From Eledone cirrhosa (lineage: Eukaryota): DNA of 64,000 bases. Each line of letters opens with the position of its first letter. The stretch's first letter is position 1. The position numbers were made by a program, and so were the translations under genes. Below the pieces are notes generated by a model, which was not told the origin of the DNA, did not search any database, and saw nothing but the letters and a program-made list of their open reading frames with translations. This document shows, piece by piece, positions 40,687 through 54,496 of this stretch. Where the stretch lies: assembly GCA_964016885.1 (NCBI GenBank), contig OZ024743.1:313906001-313970000 (forward strand), given 5' to 3'.

Positions 40687-42474
40687 ATTCCCCCTAGTTG
40701 TCGCACCTCCGACATCGCAGTTTTGTTGATTAGGAGTTGTTCAGCACATCCCCAAACCCCTTTCATTCCAGCTGCTTGTTCATCTGTGATATGTTATTAT
40801 TTTCACAGTGATCTTGGAGGAATAGGTTCAGGCAGGCTGTATACATCTTATACATCAGGTTCTTTCATGCAATGGGTCGGTAGTTTTTTGCCAAGTGGGT
40901 GTCTTTGTTCTTGGGGACCAGTAATGTTTGTGCTAATGTCAACCATTCTGGTATAAGTGTATCTTCCTTAAGAACTTGTTAGTAGAGGTCAGTAAGATAC
41001 CTCCGATAGAATATCAGTTTTTTGTACCTTTAACCGACAATCATGTCTCTTCCTGGTGTTTTCTTATCTTGAAGTTTTCCTATCACAGTCTCAAGGGTAC
41101 CCTCACTTATTTCGTATGTTTTTGTTGTAGTGTAGGTTCTTTCGGATTTCTTTTAGCCACACTGCATCTTGGTTGACATTCTTCTTTTCACCCCATATTT
41201 TTCTTCAAAAGAAATCTATGCTTTTCTGTCATGGGGCCTCAGTGACACTTATTATTTTGTTCTTCATATCTCTATAGACTAATGTTTGGTTTCGTCTGAA
41301 TCTTTTATTAAGCACTTTTATCTCCTCTACCTTATTCAGGTATCGGCCATTTTTGCTAACAGCTCTCAATTCTTGCTTAGGATGATCAGCTTATATTGAA
41401 GAGTTCTACTGTTACCAAACATCGTCTCTATTTTGTTTTTCAACTTTATTGGTGAGGAGTGAAGTTTTTGTGTTTGTTTGCATGTAAGGAGCATTGTCAC
41501 ATATCCTATGGTTTTTCGTAGGTCAGTAATCTTTTTTTCTATTTTAGTTACATATGATGGCATTTTTGGTGGTGTTTTGTTATTGTTAATATCTCTGCTA
41601 TCACCAAGATAATGCTTCACTGTCGTTGCTAAGGCATATAAACAGGCGTTCATTTGCCAACATGTTGGGGTTTTTATCCGTCGTAAATATTCATCCCCTA
41701 TTTCGTCAAAAACACGTAATATTTCATTATTTGTTTTTTTTTATTAAATATTGTCGTTTTAATACGTTCAGCAAGAGAGATATGTATACATGAATTAATT
41801 TCTCTCTGGAAGATTTCGTTGAGGGAAATTTTCAATTGTTTATAATTTTGATTATTATCATTATCGATAGTATTTTCGACAGCAGTATAAGTAGACTCAG
41901 ATAGTACACGTGGTGTCGAATTTCTTCGATTATTATTATTATTTCTTCGATTATTATTATTATCGATAGTGTTTTCCCCATCATTCGAGGTAGACTTAGA
42001 TGGTACATGTAGTGTCAAGTTTCTTACAGGCATAGTTGTTTCAAGGCATTGTTCGACCTTGCTGCTAGGAAGTCTAGTAGCATGGCGACCTGTAGCACGT
42101 GTTGTTGATCACATGTTTGTTGTGGGGGACTTACAATTAATAATATTTATCTTATTTTTACGCTCAACAAACGTCGCTTGTTGGCGTAATTGTTTCACTG
42201 TGAAATAATTTAGCTCTGGGTGCATTTCGTCTTAGTGTAGCTTCATTCAGTTCATATAGCCAATGGAGGGATTGTTTTTTGCCATTTTATAACAATTAAA
42301 TAAATCATCATTAAGTTCGCAACTACAAGAGAAATGCGATTTATAATTTCGATTTCTTCTGTAGCTACAAACGAATAAAGTTTGTTTACCTTTCTCGTTG
42401 TTTGTCTTCGATACTTCCTTAATTTTGTTGATGGTGTTGTGTTCAGCCATGCTGTTTGTAGCAAATCCTTGCAA
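39241..42474 (-). mobile_element. R4/Dong-like (RLE-type) non-LTR retrotransposon, decayed and truncated before the endonuclease
   Basis: Intact 481-aa segment at 39241-40686 with RT motifs. Upstream minus-strand frames (41366-42474) give broken N-terminal pieces. Clade assignment is from motif recall. Confidence 0.8.
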
Positions 42475-43100
42475 AATGAATTATATATTTAGCCTGATAT
42501 CTCTAGGAATTCAAATAAAAGGTGTCTTCAGAAGATATAGTTAGAAGAATAACCAGATATTCAACATGACTGTAGTTGTGGCATTACTGTCAGAGATAGT
42601 ATTCATCTTAAATTTAATTTAATAAATAGTCTCCCACGCCCAAATATGCGACTGATCACCTTAACTATGTATGTATGTATGTATGTATGTATGTATGTAT
42701 GTATGTATGTATGTATGTATGTATGTATGTATGTATGTATCATGTATGTATGCATGTGTGTATATGTATGTATGTACATATATGTATTCATATATATGAG
42801 TGTATATATGTAAATGGATATATACATTATGTATATATATATATGTATATATTCCAAATTCTCGGAAACTTAATAGCTGAGAATATATATATATATATAT
42901 ATATAAGTATGGTACCACAAAAAAACAGAAAGAACTGGACAGGGAGGTCAGTAGGAGACATTTATTAAGTGTTCAATCTTTATCATATATATATATATAT
43001 AAAGGATGATGGGCTCAACGCACAGATGCTATAAAATAGAAGGAAGGTCCTTCTACGAGAGAAAACGAAGTTGCCAACGGTTGGTATGAGTAATTGAAAC

Positions 43101-43229
<129 letters not shown>

Positions 43230-43256
43230 ACAAATATATATATATATATATATATT

Positions 43257-44194
43257 CTAGCGGCTTCCCGCCTACATTAGTGATCCCCTCTGGTTTCTCA
43301 CCATTCTGCACCAGATATTTTGTTTTAGTCTCATTCATTCTCAGCCCCACACTCATCGACACAGTCTCAACCTCCTGCATCAAATCCTCTGCCTCCTTCA
43401 CTTATTTGTCACCAAAACTATGTCGGCAAATTCAGCATCCGATACCTTTTTCGCCCTAACTCTCCTGCTCTGAGCCGGTGCTACAGTAAAGTCAGAGTCC
43501 TGGTGTTTCTCCAGTGCAAGGCGCATACAATAGTCCACTACGATGATAAAAAGGTAGGGAGCCAATGTATCTCCCTGGAGCACTCCAGCCAGTATCTCAA
43601 ATAACTCTGTCATCCCATTGGTTGAGGGCTTCCTGTATTTGGGAGCAAAGATTGGGAATACGAAGGATGATGTGGTTGAGAGGAAGAGCAAGGCCTGGGC
43701 GGCGTGCTACAGCTTGAGATCGGTGTGGAAGTCAGACCTTCGTAGAGACCTGAAAATCCGCCTCTTCATTGCTGTAGTGGAGTCTGTGCTGCTGTATGGG
43801 TCTGAGACTTGGACACTGACCACGAAACTCACTCAGATGGTGGATGGGTGCTACACGAGAATGCTGAGTATGGCTCTGAACATTAATCAGTATACACTGA
43901 GGATGAAAAACTCAGAGCTGTATGGGAGCATCCCAAAAGTCAGCTCAAAAGTGACACAGAGGAGACTGAGGTTAGCTGGACATGCTCACCGACATCCAGA
44001 GTTGATATTGCACTCAGTGCTCCTTTGGGAGCCCCTACATGGACACACTAGAATAGGAAGACCAAGATTAACGTATGTTGATGCCCTAAGGACAGACACT
44101 GGTCTGTTGGAGACGCAGGACATGGCAGCGATGATGAGGGACAGAGACCGCTGGAGAGAGCTCGTCCATGGATCTCGGGAATTTTACCCGCCTT

Positions 44195-44196
<2 letters not shown>
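43257..44196 (+). mobile_element. RTE-clade LINE 3' fragment with an inverted 5' segment
   Basis: 43257-43620 (-) encodes GVLQGDTLAPYLF..EFAD..GLRMNETKTK..KPLE. 43621-44196 (+) continues VEGFLYLG..VESVLLYGSETWTL..RRLRLAGH..GRPRLTY..DRDRWR. (TA)n on both sides. Confidence 0.9.
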
Positions 44197-44234
<38 letters not shown>

Positions 44235-44254
44235 CGTTTGTGAATTTGTTTAGC

Positions 44255-44345
44255 AAGATTCTTTATCTGAAATCGTGTGTTGAAACCGATATTGTTATAC
44301 TTTGGGAGGGTGTTTCTTATTGGCAACATGATCCTCCCAAAGTAT

Positions 44346-44352
<7 letters not shown>
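44255..44352. repeat. Short foldback repeat tail, paralogues at about 12030-12110 and 63895-63930
   Basis: attgttatactttgggaggg..cctcccaaagtataacaat inverted pair. Matches gattacttatctgaaaacgtgtgttgaaac..ctttgggagggtcatgttgccaat at about 12032. Confidence 0.7.
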
Positions 44353-44377
<25 letters not shown>

Positions 44378-44380
<3 letters not shown>

Positions 44381-44505
44381 TGAATGTATGTATAGTATAT
44401 TTGGCAATATACTGTATGTTTAATTAAAAACATTTAGAAGACCATTCGCTATCAGTTTTAAAGTAGTGACTATGTCACTTATTTACGGCGAAAGTAGGGA
44501 GAGGA
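44378..44505 (-). mobile_element. Tail fragment of the 21597-21865 retrozyme-like family
   Basis: Reverse-complement match to about 21716-21841. Confidence 0.8.
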
Positions 44506-44879
44506 ATGTGTGTGTCTGTGTGTGTGTGTATAATACTTTGTGATATATTAGTAGTGCTAAAGATTAAATTTATTAGTCTAGTGCCTTTGTCATTATTATC
44601 TATAGTTTCAACAAAACAGATGTCAGTTGATTATTGTAGATTTAATGTGTGAATTTTCTTTCAAAATGAGAAGGGTATGATTTAATCAAAAAATACATAA
44701 TGGATATTTTAGTAGTGCGAATATAAGCAGACAACATTGGATTCCTACGATGTGTTTTTGAATTAACGTCACTCGATTGAGCTCGTGACTCGTACATCAA
44801 AGTGACGATCCAGGTAGAGCCGCTGCTTCTCCGAATTGAGAGACCACAGCTTCGATAATATAGAAATGTGAATAAAATG

Positions 44880-45100
44880 ATTAAGGAAAAAATTGCTGGA
44901 TATACTTTACGGGTAAAACCAATCAGCAGGAGACCCAGGGGCAGACATCGTGCAGCACGGATGGATAATATCCATGACCTCGACTGATCTTGCTTGGGGA
45001 TCCAGCCAGATTAGATGAAGACGGTTGATTTTGACAGGACACACTGGAAGAATTGTTTAAGCACTCTGCCTCCACGGCCCACCCAGGAATATGCGAGCGA
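44880..45100 (+). mobile_element. Decayed RTE-type LINE 3' end
   Basis: Translates as ..KPISRRPRGRHRAARMDNIHDL..DRTHWKN.., followed by an A-rich tail. Confidence 0.5.
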
Positions 45101-45986
45101 TGACAAAAAAAGCAGAAAAAGAAGAAAAACGAAACGAAACAGAAAAGAAAAAGAGAAGAAAAAAAAGAAGAAAAAAAAGTAAAAGAAAAAAAGAAAAAAA
45201 GTAAAAGAAGGAGAAGAAGAATTTTTTTAATTTATTTTACAAACTCAAATTTATGTCTTTGAAAATCTCACACATTTTCTGTAAGCAAAATGACATAGTT
45301 TCCTCCTCTTGAAGCTATATGTAAAGTGTGAAATTATCAAACTTTAACAACCGCTGGGAAGAATCAATATTTTAAAAAATGGCTCTCTCTAGAAATGACT
45401 TTTCATGTTATTGGTTTGCATTATTACAGTTTTCATTAATATCGAAGATTAATCCCAAAAGCTTTTAAAATAAAACGAAAGAAAATCAGATAGTTATTAG
45501 TTTTCGACATTAAGCCATTTAACTTGCAAATTACTATTCCCCCTCTTTTCCCATTACTGTAATCTCATGCCAGACAATATCGTACAGGGGAATTCAGATG
45601 TTCAACCAAATTAAGTCAGTCAATTGTTATTTCAGAGAGAATTATTTTGCAATATAACAGATATTTATGTTGCACACTATAATAACTGAAAATTACAAAA
45701 TTTTACAGTTAGCATTCATTGTTTATTGGGCAGTTTCTATTGTGAAAACAAGTACAGGAAAGAGAAACTAAATGTTAGAAAACAAATGAAAATACACGGG
45801 TTGTAATAACCGAGGATTACCTAAGTTTTATTATGGAAAATTACATTGCGATTGATAAATATTCTATATTAATTAGAGTGTTCAGTCATTTAAATATACT
45901 TTGTTCCATATACTATCAGTGTTTTGCCCTCCCGATATCTATATATTCCTTACTCTATACCTTGGCTATTTCTACCAAATAATTAC

Positions 45987-46048
<62 letters not shown>

Positions 46049-48880
46049 CAATAATAATGAGTTCAAATCTCAGGCGATCATTTACAATAAAATAGCTCGA
46101 AGAAAGAGTATTTCTGAGCCGTGTAATATAGGTTAACATAAATCAATCTATTTGATAAACACAAATACCCTCATATTTATGTTTGTATTGTAAATGACCA
46201 AGTTAGCTAGATAGAAATATACTAATAATAATATTACAGTTTGCCTATCATGACTTAAGATAATACATCATAAATCAACAAAAGCAAATTGTATTGGCAA
46301 TGGCCGTAGTGCTTGGACAAATTTAAATTTCAAAACCAAACCTGTTCCGTAGAGAGGTTTAAACCTTAAAATCCAAATATGTTTCGAATAATGAAAAAGT
46401 GGAAGAAAATACCGCATTTTGATCTCCTCAGCAAGCACTATAAAAATTGGTATGTTCCACTTCAAAATATTTAGGAAGACTGTTTAGCGCACGAGGTAAC
46501 CTCATGCGGTTATCCAGTGTCTAGCTAGCCACATACTCGTGCTGCTAGAAATAACAGCCGTTTGTATGGGGCTAAATTCAGCTCAACGAAGAAGCAGTGA
46601 AAAATCAATAATAATGAGTTCAAATCTCAGGCGATCATTTACAATGAAATAGCTCGAAGAAAGAGTATTTCTGAGCCGTATAATATAGGTTAACATAAAT
46701 CAATCTATTTGATAAACACAAATATCCTCATATTTATGTTTGTATTGTAAATGACCAAGTTAGCTAGATAGAAATATACTAATAATAATATTAACGTTTC
46801 ACTGCTCCTTCGTTGAGCTGTACAATAATTAAAATTAAAAATTAAAAAGGCACAGAGTGGAATGCATACGATAGAAATTACAAGGGAATAGTATAATAAT
46901 TAAAGGGGCATTAAGGTAGAAAGTTACTCGTAAAACGAGGACACTAGCAGTATATATGCAAGCGTAGAGAGAGTGCAAATGCGTTAGGCATATACAGGAA
47001 GGAAACAAGCAATGGTACTAGGCATATATAAATACTGCATGGCGAAGGTATCACATAAGATAACATATGTTTACAAGCATATCAGGCAGGGAAAGATGTG
47101 TATGTATTAAAATTGTGGGTTTATGGTGTATGTAGTGTGACGATTGTTTCTGTAGTGTTCAAATGTGTATGTGCTGAGAGTATCAATGTTATTGCTATCT
47201 TTTCCATCACATTGGCTATATTTTATTTTAGTGAATGTTTTTAATCAGTCACAGCCATGGATTGTACACCGGTCCTATTATATTGTTATCCGGGGTTCGA
47301 TTGTTGTGGAGTGATTCTTCTAACGGTTTAATTTCCGGAAGTGAGTTTGCGATCTATATTAAGGGGAGCTAATGCGAAAAGGGAGGGAACTAAAGATTAA
47401 ATTGTATATGATAGAAGAAATTAGAAAAAAATGGGAAAAATGTATAGTTGTTTACATTTCCAATTATTTAAATTCTTTGTGTTGATATACATTATATTGT
47501 TTTATAGGTGAATCCCTTTTATATAATTGTTTCTACTTTTGGCACAAGGCCAGCAATTACCCAGTGCATTACTGGTACTTTATTTTATCGACCCCGTAAG
47601 GATGAATAAAATAAAATAAAATAAAATAAATCCCTTTTATATAATGCTATTTGTTTATATTTAATTTTAAATATAATCTATTTTCCTATAATACATTAAA
47701 GGTCTCATTATATTGTTATCTATCCATTACTGAATAAAGTATAAGTAAGCTATAGGAAAACAATGTATAGTTGTTTACAGGTCAAATTAATTAAAACTAT
47801 TGTGTTATTAATATACATTATATGATGTTATAAGTGAATCCCTTATATATAATGCTATTAATTTATATATTTAATTATAAATATAATTTATTTTCCTATA
47901 ATACATTAAGTGTCTCATCATATTATTATCTATCCAATACTGAATATAATATAAGCAAGCTATAGTGGTTATATTAATTGGTGTTAACTTTATGTTTATT
48001 CCTAATACTTATTGTATAGTATAATGTTAGAGATAAAAAGGAGTTAGGTAGAGGGATGAGCTGATCATAGAGTGTGATGTTGTGGGGGTACTTATATACT
48101 GATAAGACTTAGAGGTAAAGTGTTAAAGGTGGTGAGAAATTCAGATCTGACATTGTTATTTACTAGCAGCTAGGTTTAAAGCTATGGAAAGAGTGCCGGT
48201 GTTAGTGCTGGCACATGGAAAAAAACCTGATTTTCTATTTAGGGGTCTAGTTTAGAATAGATTATAGTGCGGGTCTCTAGAAGACAGAGGTTATATAATT
48301 TATTCGGTGGTTTATACGATGCGGCCCTATCTACTATTTACCAATGAAGTGTATATGGTCTATTCCTAGTTTTCAGAGAGTGTATGTAGCTAGATAAAGA
48401 AATGAAGTTGGCTAGATTGCGATTTTTGAAAGTGTGGAGATGCGAGTTATATCTCGTCTTGAAGCAGTTCGAAGTTGAACCAATATATGTTTAAGAAGAG
48501 TTGTTTGTGTTGACCGTGCATGAAAAATTGATGTCTTTGATTAAGCAATTTTTGCCTAAGGGGCAATTTCTATTTGTTCTACAGTTACAGTTATTCTGCT
48601 TAAGACGAGATATTACTTATAAACATATGTTATCTTATGTGATACCTTCGCCATGCATTATTTATATATGCCTAGTACCATTGCTTGTTTCCTTCCTGTA
48701 TAAGCCTAACGTGTTTGCACTCTCTATACGCTTGCATATGTACTGATAGTGTCCTCGTTTTACGAGTAACTTTCTACCGTAATGCCCCTTTAATTATTAT
48801 ACTATTCCCTTGTAATCTCTATCGCATGCATTCCACACTGTGCCTCTTTAATTTTTAATTTTTAATTTTAATTATTGTAC
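46049..48880 (-). mobile_element. Rearranged Penelope-like 3' fragment (GIY-YIG at about 48200-48600) with long 3' region and an inverted pLTR copy
   Basis: Minus strand: NCNCRTNRNCPLGKNCL..TYIGSTSNCFKTRYNSH..LSSYIHSLK..LC. 46820-47090 is inverted at 48600-48880. 46049-46233 is duplicated at about 46606-46792. HHR-like remnant CAACGAAG..GAAACGTT at 46793-46820. Confidence 0.8.
47525..47605 (-). mobile_element. SINE 3' fragment (5837 family) nested in the Penelope 3' region
   Basis: aattgtttctacttttggcacaaggccagcaattacccagtgcattactggtactttattttatcgaccccgtaaggatgaa. Confidence 0.85.
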
Positions 48881-49105
48881 ACTTCTCTTGATATCTATGT
48901 CGCATCCATTACTCTGTAAATACGAAACTGTTGTTGACAACATTAATATCCATGTATCTATATGATTGTTCAGTTGAATAGGAGGTTAATTGTATGTACA
49001 AACATTGCTAATGATCCGATAATTCCAAACGATAGTTTGGAAGAAACGATTGTCAGCAATAAAATGATTTGAACATAGCTTTGATTATTGTGTAATTTAT
49101 ATATG

Positions 49106-49170
<65 letters not shown>

Positions 49171-49747
49171 GTCCCATTCATGAATATTAATATTTATATT
49201 TATATTATTCATTTCATATGAATTGTTAACTCAACTTAATATGACATGACGTAAAGTTTTCATTATCTCCCCTTCTCTCTCTATATTATTTTTCTCTCTT
49301 GAGTGTTTCTATCTGTCTGATGACTTGATATCTCTCTGTTGCTTTCCTCTGTTCTTCTTATTTCTTCCTTTTTTCTTTTTTCTTTTTTCTTTTTTCTTTT
49401 TTCTTTTTTCTTTTTTCTTTTTTCTTTTTTCTTTTTTCTTTTTTCTTTTTTCTTTTTTCTTTTTTCTTTTTTCTTTTTTCTTTTTTCTTTCTTTCCTCCT
49501 GTCTTTATTTATCTCTCTCTTTTTTTCTCCATGCATTTCTCTCTCTCCGATATTTCTCCACGTTTTTTTCTTTTTCTTTTTTCTCTCTCTCCGTCTTTTT
49601 TCTTTCTCTCCGTCTTTTTCTAATTGTCCTTAACACTAAGACTTATTAAAATAATATAAACAATTCACTATCCAGATGGCTTCCAAAAATAATGGTTGCA
49701 TTTTAAAAGGGTACGTCAAGACGTATTTGTAAAACTGTTATATATTG

Positions 49748-49812
49748 TATTTTGTCTGATGAAGGCATACCATAATTTAATTTGGTATCCCTGAAATATG
49801 TATAATGAAATA
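49748..49812 (+). ncRNA. Type I hammerhead in the 5' pLTR
   Basis: tattttgt-CTGATGA-agg-c-atacca..tggtat-c-cct-GAAA-tatgta-TA-atgaaata. Stem I is 8 bp with two G-U pairs. Confidence 0.85.
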
Positions 49813-49992
49813 AATATGGTTTTATAAATATAGTTTCCATTTATTAATATTGTATATCTACTCCAAATACTTGTCGAGTGCTTTATATTAGTTATAAAAA
49901 TATTTACTTGTTGTATCCCAACAATTTTAAATAGAACTTTTGCATATATTCTGCTCCTGTATTGTTGAGCGCTTTACATTATAACTGGAAAA

Positions 49993-52197
49993 ATGGAATT
50001 CTTTAAGATCTCTTCTTCTCTAAAAGACATACCTCTACCTAGGAACAAAGATTTTATGAAACAATTAATAGAAAGATCAGACTCTTTTATAAGAAGAATC
50101 AGGTGGCGTGCTTTCCACTTTGATAAATCTAATCTAAATGAAAATGTTTCTAATCTGTATAAAATTTTCAAATCTAAAAAAAATCCACCCCTCAACAAAC
50201 TACTAATGAAAATGATATCATATCTATCATCCAAGGCATCAAATTAAAAAAAAACTTCAAAGGCCAGGATTACTTAAGAAGTATTAAGGATAATATTGAA
50301 AACTTGGAGAAAACAGAGAAAATTCTAGTGAAGTCGGACAAAACTAATAATCTTTATGGAATACAAAAGGACATTTATAACGACCTTATATTGAAGGAAC
50401 TAAGGAAAACGTACAAGGTAGCAAATAAGGACGAACTTGAAAAACTGAATACAGATGCATCTTGTATAATGCATGAATTAGACATTGAGAATAAAACACA
50501 ACCCTTCATGCCTAGGAAACCTAAGATCACAAAAAGGATCACAAAAGAAACTTTGAAAATGATTTACCAGTCAGATTAATTGCACCATCTAAATCTGACC
50601 TGGGAAAACTTAGCAAATATATTCTAGACAGAGTACAACAAATTAAAAACTTACCTAATTTATCTTACTTAAAATTATGGAAAGGGACTAGTGAGGTTAT
50701 CGATTGGTTTAAAGAAATTAAATATAACTATAATAATAAGTTTATTCAGCTGGATATTGCTAACTACTATTCATCTATCACTCCTAATCTACTGAATAAG
50801 GCACTAAATTACGCATTTAAACATACAGACCTAACTAGCAATGAAATGAACATTATATTATCGGCAAGGAAAACATTGATAGAATTTAATAACCAACTCT
50901 GGTCTAGGGCAGATAGAAATAATAATTTCGACATAACTATGGGATCATCAGACTCAGCTCAGGTAACGGACCTTGTGGGCCTATTTATAATTAATTCGCT
51001 ACATAGAAAAGTACCAGGTGTAACCGGAGGCTTATATCGTGATGACATAGAAAATAATAGCTGTGAACTAAATAGAAAAAGAAAACAAATTATACAATTT
51101 TTTAATTACCTTAATCTAAAAGTAGAAATAGAGAATAACCATAAAATAGTCAATTTTCTTGATGTAACACTAAATCTCAACACATGTCTTCATTATCCAT
51201 TTCACAAACTAAATGAGAACTTGATTTATGTTAATTTAAACTGTAATCACCCCAGATCTGTTAAAAATACTATAGTGAACTCTGTTCCAGAAGGAATTTC
51301 AAGAATTTCATCCAATAAAAATATATTTGATGAACAAGCGCAGTATTACAACGAAGCGTTAGGTAGAGCTGGATATCGAAATAAAATTAAATACATCGAT
51401 AATAATAATAATAAGCAAACTAACCAACATAATAACAATTTTAATTATGGTAACAACTTTAACAACTATAATAGAAAACATTACAATAATTCCAAAAGCC
51501 GAAAAAGAAATGGAACTAGAAATATATTATGGTTTGGTCCCCTTTCTCACTAAATATTAAAACCCCTATTGCTAAACTATTCTTTAAAGCTCTTGACAAA
51601 CGCTTCCCTAGAACACATAAATATTACTCAATTTTTAATAGACATACTATAAAATTAACTTACTCGTCCACCAAAAATTTAGCACAAAATATTAATAGAA
51701 TTAATAATAGAAACTTAAAACCTAACCAAAATACCAATAATAACCCAAGCAATATTCAATTGAATAACTGTAACTGTAGAAATAAATCTAACTGTCCATT
51801 AAATAACAACTGCTTAGCTAAAAATGTAGTGTACAATTGTAATGTTAAAACTAATTTAAATTCATTTAACTATGTCGGTTCTACCTCTACAGAATTTAAA
51901 TTTTGCTTCAATAATCATAAAAATTCTTTCACAGATCCAAACAAAAAATCTTCAACTTCGCTATCTAGCCTACTATGGGACCTTAAACGAGATAATGTTA
52001 AATATTCGATGACTTGGAATATTATTTCAAAAGCTAGTCCTTTTAATTTCTCTTCAGAAAATTGTGATCTTTGTATTGAAGAAATATTCTTTATATTAAA
52101 GTCCAAAAATTCCCTTAATTTAAGGAATAATTTATTCAGTTGCTGCAGACATAGATTGAACTCAACGTTTAAATATAAATATAAATTTAAAATGTAG
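49993..52197 (+). pseudogene. Penelope-like RT-GIY-YIG polyprotein, broken by several frameshifts
   Basis: SFIRRIRWRAFHF, KSDKTNNLY, FIQLDIANYYSSI, TMGSSDSAQVTDLVGL, GLYRDD, VNFLDVTL, CNHP, CNCRNKSNCPLNNNCL..VVY..YVGST, CDLCIEE, CRH. Confidence 0.92.
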
Positions 52198-52497
52198 TAT
52201 AAGTAATTAAGTAATTTAGTTAATATATGAAACCTGTCGATGAGTCATTAGATTCCTTCACCTTTTTCTTTTTAAATTTTCTTCCTAAATATAAACATAG
52301 ATATAATAAACTACTCTAAAATGTTTATACTTCCAATGTCTTAAATAAAATATACGTAAGATAAATTTCTATACTAAATATAAGGATATCTGTAGAATCC
52401 TTGGCTTTTTTAATTTTTTAATTTTTAATTTTTTAATTTTTTAAACTTTTTAAAATTTAAAAATTTTTAAATTATATTGATATAATATTTATTTAAC

Positions 52498-52688
52498 TTT
52501 TATTTTTATTTTTATTTTTATTTTTATTTTTATTTTTATTTTTATTTTTATTTTTATTTTTATTTTTATTTTTATTTTTATTTTTATTTTTATTTTTATT
52601 TTTATTTTTATTTTTATTTTTATTTTTAGTTTTATTTTTATTTTTATTTTTATTTTTATTTTTATTTTTATTTTTATTTATTTTTATT
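52498..52688. repeat. (TTTTTA)n simple repeat in the Penelope 3' region
   Basis: Directly visible. Confidence 0.95.
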
Positions 52689-54029
52689 AGGTTTGTTTTG
52701 ATTCTGATAGCTTCTCATAATCTTCATAAGTCTACCCTTTCAATATCATGATTAAAATATACGTAGGATAAATTTCTATACTAAATATATGAAACATATT
52801 ATTTTAACTTAAGATACTCTATAGTGTTTTTGAAGATATTTAATGTTTTGATATTTCTAGAATTCGTTTGTCCTTTAGACTATACTGATATAATGGTATT
52901 TCCAAAATATAATCCTTTGGTATTTTAAATTTATATTGTTATAATTATATTTCCAAAGTATAATCCTTTAGTAATATATTGATATTTGATTATCTCTATA
53001 CAGATGTGTATGTGTGTATTAACATGCATATAAAAGTGTTATATGTTTTTTTAATGATTGTATATCTGTCTGTATGTGTACATAAGCGATGCGGGTCTAA
53101 CAATTGGTGAAGACGCACGCAAATATTTATTTATACATATGTATGTATATATATATGTATATGTATGTGTGTGGGTGAGAGTTATGCGTGTGCATGCCTA
53201 CCCGCGCAGTTTTGATGCAGATATGCATAATTTTAACAGAATGTTAAATGCATGAATGTTAAAGGCATGAATGTTAATCGTATATATTTATGTATATATA
53301 CTGTGAACTTTTTATAACACAAGGAATGTATAGCAGTGATTAAGAGAAAGCATTTGCCTTTTGTATGTCTATATTGTACACCTGAGTAGATATAATTTCT
53401 ATTTTCAGGACGTGTGTATATATATATATATATTTGTCTATCTTTGCCGTAACATAGTGGTTTCTCAAATTTTAGTATATTGATCTCAAGTTTTAAACTA
53501 AACATATAATCATTATTAAACAATGTTTAATTTCTCATATTATATATTTATATCCCATTCATGAATATTAATATTTATATTTTTATTATTCATTTCATAT
53601 AAATTGTTAACTCAACTTAATATGACATGACGTAAAGTTTTCATTATCTCCCCCTCTCTCTATATATTATTTCTCTCTCTTGAGTTTTTCTATCTGTCTG
53701 ATGACTTGATATCTCTCTGTTGCTTTCCTCTGTTCTTCTTATTTCTTCCTTTTTCCTTTTTTCTTTTTTCTTTCTTTCCTCCTGTCTTTATTTATCTCTC
53801 TCTTTTTTTTCTCCATGCATTTCTCTCTCTCCGATATTTCTCCACGTTTTTTTTCTTCTTTTTTCTCTCTATCCGTCTTTATTCTTTTTCTCCGTCTTTT
53901 TCTAATTGTCTTTAACACTAAGACTTATTAAAATAATATAAACAATTCACTATCCAGATGGCTTCCAAAAATAATGGTTGCATTTTAAAAGGGTACGTCA
54001 AAGCTTATTTGTAAAACTGTTATATATTG

Positions 54030-54094
54030 TATTTTGTCTGATGAAGGCATACCATAATTTAATTTGGTATCCCTGAAATATGTATAATGAAATA
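54030..54094 (+). ncRNA. Type I hammerhead in the 3' pLTR
   Basis: Identical to 49748-49812. Confidence 0.85.
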
Positions 54095-54260
54095 AATATT
54101 GTTTTATAAATATAGTTTTCATTTATTAATATCGTATATCTACTCCAAATACTTGTCGAGTGCTTTATATCAGTTATAAAAATATTTACTTGTTGTATCC
54201 CAACAATTTTAAATAGAACTTTTGCATATATTTATATATATATAGTTTTAATATAGATGA

Positions 54261-54309
54261 GATTCTACAGGACTAGAACTGTTTCATTCTTTAGAAATCA
54301 TCAGGAATC
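54261..54309 (-). ncRNA. Type I hammerhead (inverted copy)
   Basis: Reverse complement of 55161-55209. Confidence 0.88.
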
Positions 54310-54457
54310 TGGGTATCAAAAAATAAGTATGGTATTTATAGGTCTCTACAAGTGGTAGGAGAGGGTGGGGAGTGGGATGGGTGTAGGTCATTGGTTGATA
54401 GAAAAGGGAATTCATTAAAAGCTAATTCTACAAATTTTTTCCTTATATATGTGTATT

Positions 54458-54496
<39 letters not shown>

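Larger units (their letters stand above)
49163..54232 (+). mobile_element. Near full-length Penelope-like retroelement with direct pLTRs, inserted in (TA)n
   Basis: Direct repeats at 49163-49950 and 53544-54232 flank a frameshifted RT plus GIY-YIG ORF. One HHR in each repeat. Confidence 0.92.
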
